A DNA stretch of 64,000 bases from Selaginella moellendorffii (taxonomy: Eukaryota; Plantae; Lycopodiophyta). A program made the position numbers and the translations under genes. The notes under the pieces were generated by a model. It worked only from the letters and a program-made list of their open reading frames with translations, made no database searches and had not been told where the DNA came from. The stretch covers positions 741,891 through 805,890 of the forward strand of contig NW_003314334.1 in assembly GCF_000143415.4 (NCBI RefSeq), in the 5' to 3' direction. Shown piece after piece: positions 49,500 to 61,565 of this stretch. The number at the start of each line of letters is the position of its first letter. Positions within the stretch are counted from its first letter, which is position 1.

Positions 49500-52400
49500 T
49501 ATGGACAGGGGAACAGAGGGAAAGAGTACGGAGGATATATTACTATCTTTCTCATCTTATCTCTCTGCAGTCCTTTCCTCACCGCTCTCACGCTCACATA
49601 TCCCCATCTCATGCTCGGCGAGTAGCTGGAGCTTTCCCTCGGATCTCTTTTCCCTATCCCTTGCTCGATAACAGTGGTATCGTAGCCACTTCGTCTGGGA
49701 CACACGCTCGAGCGTCGTGAAGGAGACCAGTCGTTGGAGGTCGGCTATCAGGTAAAGCGGCCGGAATGTTTCGTTTCGCTTTCACAGTTTTTGGTGACCG
49801 ATCTTCTCTGGACTGGTCGTGGATAAAGGGAGGGAGGGGATTTGTTCTTCCTGGGCAATGGCGGCACCATAGAGGCGGCCGAAGGCGGCGATTTCAGGGG
49901 ATTTACCAAGGTTTAGTCTTGATGTTTTCGCAGCACAAGAGAAGATGATAAGGTGCCTATCCGATCGGCAGGAAGATCTAGACGACAGCTTGCGGGTCTT
50001 AGGAGCTGCAGTGACCAGGCCGATGGGGGACTCCGGAAAGAGGAGGGAGTTAGGCGCCGACCTTTCGAGTTCCAAGTACCACCATTCAGCGGGAGCACGG
50101 TAGGGGAGTAAGCCTTCGCTTTTGGGACAACAGCTTCAGAGTTTCCTATGGGAGCAGTTCTCCAACAGGTCGACGGTCAGCGAGCCGATACAAAGTATCG
50201 TTTAGCACCCATGCAGACTCAGGGATTCTTCACAGCGGCGCCAGCTTTCAGCGGGATAAGGGCCGGTTCAAGAGCGGGAGTTTCCGTGTAATGGTCCTTT
50301 CCGGAGAGGCAGAGTGGGCAGGACAACGTGGGGCGGGTGGGGGAATCCATTCCAATCCACGAGAACTAGTAGGGAGTCTGGACCCTCTCGGGCTGGGTGG
50401 AGTGCGTGGGACTCATGGCTGCGCAAGTTGAAGAGGTGGTTTCTATACCGTGGTCATCGCGATTCGCACAAGGTAGCCGGCTCTCCACTTGAAAGCCTGG
50501 CCTCCGAGTCCCTTCTCTCTCGAGACTGTAAAACCAGGCTTCCAAGTTGGGAGGAGTTCAAGCAAAGGATTCGGGAGCATTTTATCATCACGTCCGTGGG
50601 AGAGCTTCCCTTCAACAAACTCTGCGGAATGGTGTACAGATTTAAGTCCCAGACGCCCAGGAATTCAACGAGACGTGGCTTAAGGCGAGATACGAGGTGA
50701 CCAACATCCCGGAGGATGCTTTGATGCAACGTTATGGCAACCGAAATAGCTCAGCTATCTCCTCGCTCGGTCCAGCAAGCGATGGGATTAGCATTAAACA
50801 CGGATCTCAAGTTCCACGAGTGGGAAGCTCGTCTTTCCGGCCGATGGAGGCAAGGGCCACCAAAGGAGACAACGAGGGCCGGAGCCACCCAGAGTGGTAT
50901 GCCAACTCCCGATCAGCGGAAGCAATGCAAGTAAAGGGAAGCGATGACCTCAAGCTTGGGAAATGTTCATTGGGAAGTTTGCAAGGCTCCGTGCACTTGG
51001 GAGAATGCAAAAGACAAGGATATCTTAGTCCTGTAGACGGATGTACCACATTGGCCTCAGAAGCAGCGAGAAGAGGCGGACGCGGGGCTTGAGGGAGAAC
51101 TTTCTGTGGCGAAGGCATGCATCTCCTATCCGGCCTTTATGGGAAAAGCTGCGGGTACTTGTTTCGGAGTCAAAGGAACGATTAGCAGGAAGCATTCGCA
51201 TTAATTGACTCGTGAGTGCCACCGTCAACCAACATTCTCTATCTAAGCTGCAGCTCGCAGCGCGTCCACAGAAGACTCCTCTAGAGGTGGAGATAGCGGA
51301 CGAGGGAGTCATCGAGGCGTCTGCCCGGGTCTCATGCTCGATGCTCATTGGTGGTCACCAAGTGAAAGGAGAGTTCTTCATCCTGGGCATCAAAACACTT
51401 CGCCTCTTTTGGGGACATTCTCGTCAACTTTGATGAGCATCGTCTCTCCTTCAATCACCAGGGGAGGAAGATCGTCTGGAGGGGGGAGTGGACATTGGAA
51501 AGAAGACACGGGCAACCGCTGGACAATGCCGGGGGTTGATCGCGAGAGGAGGATGTCCCATGGCGTATGATTCAGAAACAGGGATTCTTCTTCCAATGGA
51601 TGGGAACCCGAAGAGATCCTTTCGAAACGACATCTTCAGCTTTCTCAGGCCTAGCTGCAAGGTCCAACCATGTACCAAGTTCCGACTTCTCCAGTCACAG
51701 GGGAGGGGAACCAGAGAGAACCAGGTCGTTGGAGGAAGCAGTACACCACGGAAGCCATTCGTGAGGTGGCAAGGAAGTATTCAAGGGTCTTCCTCAACCG
51801 AGTTTGTGCTCATGAAGCAATCACGCACAAGATCCAACTCGAGAAAGGGATCGTCACGACTGTTCATTCAGCTGAGCCATGTAGAGCGAGGTGGATAAGA
51901 TGATCAAGGAGCTCATGGACAATCTCTTAAAGAGGACAGTTTCAGTCCTTACACGGCACCAATAATCTTGGTGCTAAAACGTGACGGCTCGTGGAGACTG
52001 TGCGTTGATTACAGACAGCTCAACAACGTCACTCCCCATCCCAACTTAATTGATGGACTCGGTGAAGCAGCTATTTCTCCGAGCTAGATTTGCGATCTGC
52101 ATATTATAAAATATCCATGGCAGAGAAGGACAGGATGAAGACAGCATTTCAGACTCACAGAGGGGTTTTACCAGTTTAAGGTGAGGGCTCACCATCCTTT
52201 TCAGTCTCTCATGAACAAGATCGGTCATTGTATTTTTCGACGACATCCTCGTCTACAGTCGATCCTGGGAAGAACACCTTACACACATCGACGAGGTTTT
52301 GCAAGTGCTAGAGGATCATGCGCTGATCGTCAAACTCTCAAAATGCTGCTTTGCCAAGCAAGAAGAGAAGTACTTAGGCTTCCGGATAACAAAAATGGAG

Positions 52401-53960
52401 GCGATGAGTGGTCTCTCACCACCATGAAGTAGCTCCATGTATTTCTCAGGCTCTGCAACTACCTCTGGAAGTCTGTGGAGCACTATGCTTCCGTTGCGTC
52501 GCCTCTGACGGACATCATTCGTGCAGGCAGGTTTTCGTGGGACGAGAATGCACGGTACGTTCGAACTTTTCGGCTCCGATTCTTCAACTTTCAGACTTTG
52601 AGAAGCAGTTCATCGTGGAGACGATGCCTCGGATGCAGGAGTGGGAGCGATCTTGAAGTTCGAGAGCAAAAGGTTCTTGGAAGCGGAGTCTCGCCAGCCG
52701 GCGTATGATTGACAAAGTGGAGGCACTGCGAGGTCGCACGGATCACTTCAGTATGAAATTTCTTCTCGAGCAGCCTCGCCTTAACAAAAAGCAGAGGCAG
52801 CTTCAATCACTCGATTTCACGATTGAGTATAAGCCAGGGAAAACAAACGTCGTCCCTGATGCGCTCTCAAGGATGTTTGAAAAGCCGGAGGTCAGTTGTC
52901 ACACCAGAAATCATAAAGGGCTAATCCAACGATGACCAGACAACAACTTCAACGACGCGAAGATTTCCTTCCATGACGGCTTGCTCTAGAAGAAAGGAAG
53001 GATTCTGCAAGATCATCTTCACCAAGGCATTCTCGCGGGGCATCCGGGGGTCGTGTGGAAAGGAATGGAGTGTGAGATACGCACTTGGATCAGGGAGTGT
53101 CCAGAGATAGTCGCAACACCTTGTCTTCTCAAGCATTTACCTTCTCCATCAGCGCAGCTCTCGTCCTCAGCTTCAAAGAAGGTGGTAGAGATCTTCTGGA
53201 GGGAGGTGGTGAGGTTCCATGGCGTTCCAAGCGAAATCGTCTCCAACCGAGACACCAGGTTTCTCAGCCAGTTTTGAAAAGACCTTTTCACAACGTTACT
53301 GAGCTTCAGCACCGCCTACCATCCCCAGACAGATGGTCAGACGGGACGGACGATTGGAGACATTGGGGATACGTGCGGACCAGCTGGGCACACTCGCGGA
53401 GTTTGCCTACAACACTGCTCGGCACTCAACCATCGGTATGTCTCCATACCAGTAGCTTCCCCGATCTTGATGACAACTCCCACTTCATCAAACGACGTCA
53501 GTGACCAAGTGGAAGCCATCAGGAAGATGCAGCAGCTGATTGGGCAACGGTTGGAATCTCCTCGTGTAGTCACAGCTCCATCCCAGATTCTTCGGCACAC
53601 TCAGGATACTCGAAAAGATCAACGAGCTCGCCTATAAGTTGGCATTACCACCGGGGTCGCACCTACATAACGTTTTCGACGTGTCGGATCTCAAGCTTTT
53701 GCGGACCAGCTCCCGGAGTTTTTTCCTGCGCCGGAGTTTGTCTCCTCCGACAGGCAGCCTATGCTGCAACCGAAAGCACACTGGGAGATACAAGGTCAGG
53801 TGGCACGGAACGGATGACGAACAGGAACGGACCAGAGCTCCTCGAAACAGACCTGTTAGGACGTACTATAACGCATGAGAGTACGGAGGATTTATTACCA
53901 TCTTCCTCGTCTCATCTCTTCTTTCACATCTTACCTTCTCTCCCCACATCCATCAGTTTA
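49500..53960 (+). mobile_element. Degenerate Ty3/gypsy chromovirus (duplicate of 15695-20130)
   Basis: PBS at 49675-49687; gag-PR-RT-RH-INT (STAYHPQTDGQT at ~53307)-chromodomain; 3' LTR start TGTTAG at 53854. Confidence 0.92.
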
Positions 53961-54410
53961 AGGAATTTAAGCACTGTCGGGATGATGGATGTCGAGTTTT
54001 GGCCTGGCACCTGGGTTAAAAATTTACTCGCTCTCGCGATCATCTTGATGATAGACTATGGAGTTATCAGAAGAACTTTATCAACACTCGAGATACACTA
54101 AAAAGCCTTGCCATATACAACATTGCAGATCAACTTCAAGCAAGTGATGAGGTTGATCACTTACAAGTTTTCCGTCAGTTTACTTTGGATATTCCCCTAC
54201 TCTAAATCTCCAGCGCCCAGCTGCTCACGATATCGCCAGGTTTTGGTGTGCGGGATCCTCGTCTTTGATTTCACTCAGCCGGAGCATTGTTTCTACAAGA
54301 ATCTATTCAATGACAGCAGCTGAAAGACACTGTCCGGTGAGTGTTTCCACGTTCTCTTGACATCGATTTTGCTTCAATTGTTGTGGAAGTAAGTTCCATC
54401 GAATTAGCAG

Positions 54411-55343
54411 ATGCATGGTTTACCCCTGGTAAAGGGATTCTTGTGCTTAAATTCCTTTCTTTTCCATAGGATCTATTAGGGCTTCAAAGGTTGGGTATGG
54501 AAATTACTAGTAAGAGCGTTCCATTGTGGTGGTTCTTCTTACCTGTTTCAATAATTATGACTTGGGCCATTACTTTCTATGTTTTCACCATTTACATCAC
54601 TTTTTATCCTCCAAAGTGGCACTGCCCAAGTGGTGTTCTCTATTGTCGAAGAGACTGCAATCCACTAAACCTTGGCTACCATTGGGGTTTTACGTCAGAT
54701 TACTTGGCTTATGTAACAATTGGGCCAAAGTACTCTGCGATTCGATATTGGCAGCTTGTTTGCTTCACTCATCACATATATACATTTTTATCAGTGGGCT
54801 ATATTATTGGAGGTAAGACAGTCTCATAAATATTATTTCTAAGATGTTTTTACAGCTATTATTGGAATCGTTACTCTCTTTCACTCCAGGTGCTGTATGC
54901 TGGTTAGTATTTTTATTGGAGCAGCGAGTGCATTAGCAAGCACATATGTCTCAAATCGCTCCTGGTTTATCATTTGGCAAGTTTTGTCTGCAATAGCACA
55001 TTCCTGTGCAGGAACATCAGCCATAATGAGATGGTTCATAGAAACACCCCGTTTTCTTGGCTCGAAAAGATGGCTTTTTCCAAATCATGGATTTGGTGAC
55101 CGCCAAGGGCAAGATCATTACCACATATATGAGGTGATTGGTGGATATCCTATACTTTCTTTATGTGAGCCATGTTGCATACCTATAATTTATGTCTGTA
55201 AACGTCTATATCCAGACTGGAGGTGGGGAAACAGGATGGTGTGCGTCATGGACTCTATTGTTGTTGTGGTGTTAATGGGGGAAATGGTAGCACGGGCTAT
55301 GAAAAAAAGACACAGTGGAAGAGTAGCAAATGTTTCCGATTAA
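54411..55343 (+). CDS. OCT/SLC22-like half-MFS membrane protein (exons 54411-54428?, 54470-54812, 54856-55343; 267 aa from ATG 54497, 282 aa with the micro-exon)
   Basis: Intact spliced frame with 41- and 43-nt GT-AG introns. Most divergent intact paralog. Confidence 0.7.
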
Positions 55344-55469
55344 GAAAGAAATATGGCTTCTTTTGTGTAATATTATGTGGTTGATGCGAAAGTTTGTAAA
55401 GGATTTGCAGTACTGGGGGCATGGGGAAAATCCTTGCCACTTCTTCCAGTGGCCTGATATTATTGTAGT

Positions 55470-56830
55470 TTAAAACACAAATAAGGTGGCCAAATGCCAC
55501 TGCGTTGGCGAGCCCTGTCTGATTCTTCCAGGAATCCATTCTGGGCGTAGCACAGCAGTAGATTCGTCCATGACACGAGATCCTTGGCCGGCATTCTCCC
55601 TGGTGCGCGAGCTCCGTGATCATCGAGTTCCGTGTCACTCTGAGACGCGATCGAACATAGCCTGGCAGTCGCCGATCCGGGAGGCTGTAACATATACGAG
55701 ACAAGATCGCGGAACGCCATCCCATCAAACATGTTCTTGGTGAGCGCAAGATGCCCGGACTGAGCATACAGTGTAATGAGCGAGTTCCAAGAGACCACGG
55801 TGATCCGGCATGGATCTTCTTCGCTTGGCCGAGATTGGAGCTCCGGATGTAGGATTGCACGACCTCGTTGCAGGACACGAGATTCCACAGTGGCATAGGA
55901 GGCTCTTGGATTGCTCCCTGGCAAAGCGTCGCGATGGGGCATTCGATCGAAGAGCCGGGATGATCGAAGAGCTCGGCGGCATTGGAGGGATTTCGGCGAT
56001 CCATCTCTTGTATTCCACCAATCCGCCGATGGGAGAGCGCAGGCAGGCACGAAAGACATCGTCTCGAGCAAACTCTCGGCGTCGCAAAGCCTTCCGATCT
56101 CGCGAGAGTAGTGATTCCATTGGAACGATGCCATAGTCAGCGATCACAGGCGACCATAGACACGAACTGATCGCGGGCGATTAGGATCTTGCAAGCAGAG
56201 GACGGTGATGAGCGAGACGAGATCGATCCTCACTCCGCCATCGAGCGTGGCCGTGGATGGCTTCCCTGTAATGCCCCTTTTAGGCATATGTTTCCATCAT
56301 CAGGTTCCAGGCCGCCAGATCTCTCGTGCGCATTGCGGCAAGAAAAGCTCGAGCCTCGATCGCACGGCCATTGCGAGCGTAAGCGTGCATCAAACTCGTC
56401 CAGCACTGGCAATTCACTATCTCGTCCGGGATGCTGTCAAACGACATTGGATGGCGTAGCCCGAGAGGATCGCGTTCCAGGTGAAAACGTTCCATCTCGG
56501 CATTTTGTGCTGGATCATAAGCGCGTCCTCCATTCTCCCAGCCTGGCCGAGCATCGCGACGAGCATATCAAGTCCCTTGCGGGCATTTGCTGGTGGATCC
56601 CGCTGGGCATAGGCGGCGGCGATTGATGTAGGCACGAGAGTCCGGCATCCGGAAAAACATCCTGTTGACCTCTTCTACAAGGCATAGCCAAGTTTCTCGT
56701 TGCCATCGTCTCACACCTCCACCAAATTCCTGATTTGCACGAAAGCTCCGACAGCACGAGATCTTTCTCGGGCTCAGTGTCGTAAAAAGCCTTAATTATA
56801 CCCATTGCCTCATCTTGGCAAATGCTGGAA
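55470..56830 (-). pseudogene. PLS-class PPR pseudogene (duplicate of 21040-22390)
   Basis: Same PPR motifs, frameshifted. Confidence 0.9.
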
Positions 56831-56879
56831 TTAGAGCTAGGCATTTGATCGAATAGAAATTTACAAAGGCTTCAATGAA

Positions 56880-57495
56880 AAGAATACAATAAATTCCTTT
56901 TAGCATATGCCCTGCTTGGCATATCCTCTGGTCCAATACTCATCCTCAGTGCAATGTGTATAGAATCAATGAGCGAGATTATGGATACAACATATGTTTC
57001 TAACACTTGGTTTTTAACCAAAGCTGCTGAATTAAAAAATTACTAGAGCATCACAACATTTTTATATATCCAATATGGAATTATATACTCTTCCATTATT
57101 AACTATAACCATTCCCTACCAGATCAAGGGTAAAAAGTAAATATACATGATATGAAACATATGGTATAGATTCGTCCTCAGTGCATTCCTGTATCTCTAT
57201 CTACACCTCATAATTTGATGATGTCCCTGCATAAGCATGTGCTACTTGTAAAGCAATGAATGTAAAACATATGTGAGCTCCTCCAATAGCAAAGCTAACT
57301 AGCATGGATAACTTGTATTTGAAGTGAGTAGCAGTGCTTAACAATTATTCATAAATACCTCCAGCCACATAGCCCAGTGATAGCAAAGTATATAGATATG
57401 GAGTGAAGCAAGGAAGTTGCCAATATCAAATTGCAGAATAATTTAGCCCAAACTTCCCAGTTCCAATGTAGCATGAATAGAAACCCCAGTGGTAT
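56880..57495 (-). pseudogene. Diverged OCT-like paralog relic (duplicate of 22440-23025)
   Basis: NYSAI*YWQLPCFTPYLYTLLSLGYVAG. Confidence 0.7.
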
Positions 57496-57999
57496 TTAGG
57501 TGAAGAAACATCCTCTTTAAAGGGCTATAATTTAAATACACTAGTGTTTGGATTTCTTTCATCTTAGAACAAATAGCTTTTCAGAAAAGATCTCGGAGAC
57601 AGTAAAGGCTTTTTTCGTTCTTGAATCCATATAGCTAGAAACGCAATAGCGACCACAAATCTTTTAGTGATATTTAAAGATAAAACCAAGCGCGAACTTT
57701 TTGTAATGGTCGGCAAGCAGCTCGCGCGCAGATTGAGCTGACTGGACACATCGCCTCTCAAATGATGTATATATCCTTTTTACAATCTAGCTTTATTTGT
57801 GGAGATCTTGGCCGTTTTCGATCTAGTAGCTACGTCTTGGAGCAGCTCAAGAGCCGGGAGCTTGAGCTGCACAGGAAGTGTTCCTGCCATTTTTCCTTCC
57901 ATTCCTTTGAGTTTTGTTATACCAGAAGGAAGGGAGCTGAAGCTCTAAAGGTAGGCTTTCGCTTCTCCTTTTTTCTGATCATTCTTTTTGTTGTTTCTG

Positions 58000-60590
58000 C
58001 ATGTGATGGAACCGGTTAGCATCTCTCACGGTTATAGATACCACCACCTTGGATACAGACTTGATAGCCGAGTGGCAATCCCCACACACCCGCAAGTTCC
58101 TCAGCGACGAGATCAATCCAAAAGCCACAGCCATCTTTTTGCAACAGCTCCTCCTTTTGCTCCTCGCCAACGTCATGAAAGATCTCCTTCGTGTTGGGAA
58201 CGTAGCCAGCGTGCCGCATTTCTCTCGCCAGCCTCTGGAGATCCGCGACAATATCTTCGCTGTGAGGATGCGAAAGATCCCCCACCACGAAACTGTGAAC
58301 TTCGCTGCCAACTTCGATGTTGCTGATCCCCGGAACTTTTCTCACTCGCCTCGACTTCATCAGGTTCCGGATCATCGACACCTTGTCCCTCCTCCGGATC
58401 GACAAGTACATGTTCCAGAGAACCACGTATGAAGTCGTGTAGCCTCGAAGATCTTCGCCGCGACTCGCTCAGCTCAATCGGCTTCGCGGTGGATCAGGTG
58501 ACAAGCTCCCAGCAGCGACATCCAGATCACGATGTCTGGAAGGAATGGCATCGAGTTGACGACGGTGCTCAGAGTTCTTCATGCAGCAATAGCGCTCTCT
58601 CCTCGGCACCATCCCCAAGCAGACGAAGTGGTCCCAGCCCTCGGCCACGAGACCGACATGGCTGCACGAAGTTCGAACGTTCCGGAACGTTCGAGATTCA
58701 TAAGATGGAAGACTTCCCCATTTCGAGCATAAGCCCACACCAAGGTCATCTAGGAAACGAAGTTGCGCATCTTCATGCTCTCAATCATGCTCCTGGCGGC
58801 ACCGAGATCGCTCAAAAACTTGCGGGAGAACTGTCCAGCAGACGATGGTCTTGCGTCACGGCACCGCCAAAGTGCCCACTCTCGGCATACGTGAGGAGCA
58901 TAGACTGGATTCTTTTCCGGGATTTGAACGAAGATTTTCTTCGCGAGGGCGACAAAGCCTTGGTAAGCTAAGCTTGCACAATCGCCGTCCACGCCACCAC
59001 GTCCTTATCCGGCATGGAATCAAAGATCTCTCTCGCGTTGGCAAAATCCCTTCTTTGGCCATTCTTGTAGTTCTCCGGAGCCGATGGAACGCCCTGTCCA
59101 ATTCTTCCAGGAATCATTCTGCAGGTAGCACAGCAGTAGATTCGTCCACGACATGGCCGGCATTCTATCAAAACTCGATTTTGCTGCCTCGATTTGCCCC
59201 TGCGCGAGCGCTGTGATCATTGAGTTCCATATCACGGCCTGGAGCTCTGGGACACGATCGATCACCGCCGGGCAGTCCCGGATCTGGATGCCGCCACATA
59301 TCCAGCGATCATCGGGTTTCACGAGACAAGATCACGAAACTCCATCCCGTCAAAAGTGTCTTGGCAAGCTCAAGTTGCCCAAACTGGGCATACAGTGTAA
59401 TGAGCAAGTTCCAAGATGCCACGTCATGATCCGCCATGGAATCGAAGATATTCTTTTCCTGGTCGAGATTGGAACTCCGGATATAGGACCTCACGACCAC
59501 TTTGCAGAACAAGAGATTCCAGTGGGGCATTCGATCAAAGAGGCTCTTGGATCGCGCAATATTCCCCTCCCTGGCACTTTGCGATGGCACATTCGATCGA
59601 AGAGCCGGGATGCGATCGAAGAGCTCGGCGGCATTGAAGGTGTTCCCAGGAGTATTTCGGTGATCAAGAGAGATCACGCATCTGCAGCGCTGCCGCAGCG
59701 CCCATACAACTGGATGAGGAGATTGGCGAAGAAATATCCTTGCCAATGAGGAAAAACCTAAAGCAATCGTCGGCCAGCAGCCCTCACGAGATCCAATGCC
59801 GCTCCTCTAGCCCTCACGAGATCCAATGCCGCTCCTCTAGCCCTAGCAGCCCGACATTGCTCTCTAACCCAAAGTTTTGGTTAAGCAGATCATGGGCGAC
59901 CATTGATCGCGGGCGATTCCAAATGGCTGCAAGCCGAGAGGATGGTGATGAACGACACAAGATCGATCCTCACTCCACCGTCGGGCGTGGCCTCGTGGAA
60001 GAGTTGGATGGCATTGCTCAGTTTGGGCATATGCTTCCATCATCAAGTTCGTTTCACAGCATCCCGGAAGAGATCGTGAATTGCTGCTGGACGAGTTTGA
60101 TTCATGCTTACGCTCGCAATGGCCGCGTGATCGAGGCTCGAGCTGTGCTCGCCGCAATGCCCACGAGAGTGGATATCTCCCGCATAGCCGGAGAGGATCG
60201 CGTAACGTTCCATCTCGGCATTTGCTGCTGGATCTTGAGGGCGTCCTCCATTCTCCCGGCCTGGCCGAGCATTGCGACAGGCATATCAAGTCCCTTGTGG
60301 CCATTTGGTGGTGGATCGCCATCGACATGCCCGTGCTGGGCATATGCGGCAGCGATTGATGTAGGCAACTGTGGCATTCGATCAAACAGCAGCTTCGCTC
60401 TGTCCAGGATGCCGTTTTCCATCAGCCCATTCCAAGACACGAGATTCTACTGGGCCATCCGGGAAAACATCCTCTCTGCCTCTTCTACAAGGCATAGCCC
60501 GACACTATTGCTGTCCGCGAAACCAAGTCCCTCGTCACCATTGTCTCAAACACACCTCGAGCCTAATTCCCGATGTGCTTGAAAGCTCTC
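58000..60590 (-). pseudogene. PLS-E-E+-DYW PPR pseudogene (duplicate of 23478-25880)
   Basis: [45 protein letters not shown]; 30-bp tandem duplication at ~59780-59845. Confidence 0.9.
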
Positions 60591-60908
60591 ACCAATGAAG
60601 TTGATAGTATTGAGGTTAGTGAGATCCAGGTGGCACATGTCCTGCCAGGTTACCGGAGGGTTCATGGTTTATCAAATATAACCTTTTGTCCATCCATTGT
60701 TTCTTTTCATGGTATCATATCCTGGGACGATGGCTCTCACTGGTGAGGAGGAGGATGAGCCACCTTAATCAGAAGTGGATGGCGCTTGTTGGCTGACAAC
60801 AAGGTGAGCTACAAGATCATGGTTGCAAGGAGAGTTCTTGGTGTTGCACTAGAGCCCAGATCAGGGCAGAGGCACTGGGTGCTGAGACAGAGAAGTGTTG
60901 CTAGAGGA

Positions 60909-61348
60909 NNNNNNNNNNNNNNNNNNNNNNNNNNNNNNNNNNNNNNNNNNNNNNNNNNNNNNNNNNNNNNNNNNNNNNNNNNNNNNNNNNNNNNNNNNNN
61001 NNNNNNNNNNNNNNNNNNNNNNNNNNNNNNNNNNNNNNNNNNNNNNNNNNNNNNNNNNNNNNNNNNNNNNNNNNNNNNNNNNNNNNNNNNNNNNNNNNNN
61101 NNNNNNNNNNNNNNNNNNNNNNNNNNNNNNNNNNNNNNNNNNNNNNNNNNNNNNNNNNNNNNNNNNNNNNNNNNNNNNNNNNNNNNNNNNNNNNNNNNNN
61201 NNNNNNNNNNNNNNNNNNNNNNNNNNNNNNNNNNNNNNNNNNNNNNNNNNNNNNNNNNNNNNNNNNNNNNNNNNNNNNNNNNNNNNNNNNNNNNNNNNNN
61301 NNNNNNNNNNNNNNNNNNNNNNNNNNNNNNNNNNNNNNNNNNNNNNNN
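60909..61348. other. Assembly gap, probably containing the 3' LTR of the adjacent element
   Basis: N run directly abutting the polypurine tract. Confidence 0.9.
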
Positions 61349-61404
61349 CCCCCCCCCCCCCCCCTCAAGGGACGATACTTTGGGCTTTCACTTACCAGTC
61401 TGTA

Positions 61405-61565
61405 TTAGTATTCGGACTCAATCTCAGTCTTGGTTTCAGACTCGGACTCAATTTCAGTCTCGGTCTCGATTCCATCTTGGACTCCATCTCGGGTCCATCT
61501 CAAACTCTATTTAGGACTCAATCTTGGATCCATCTTGGACTCCATCTTGGACTCCATCTCAGACA
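61405..61565. repeat. Degenerate 6/12-bp tandem repeat (GGACTCCATCTT-like)
   Basis: ctcggactcaat / ttggactccatc reiterations. Confidence 0.7.
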
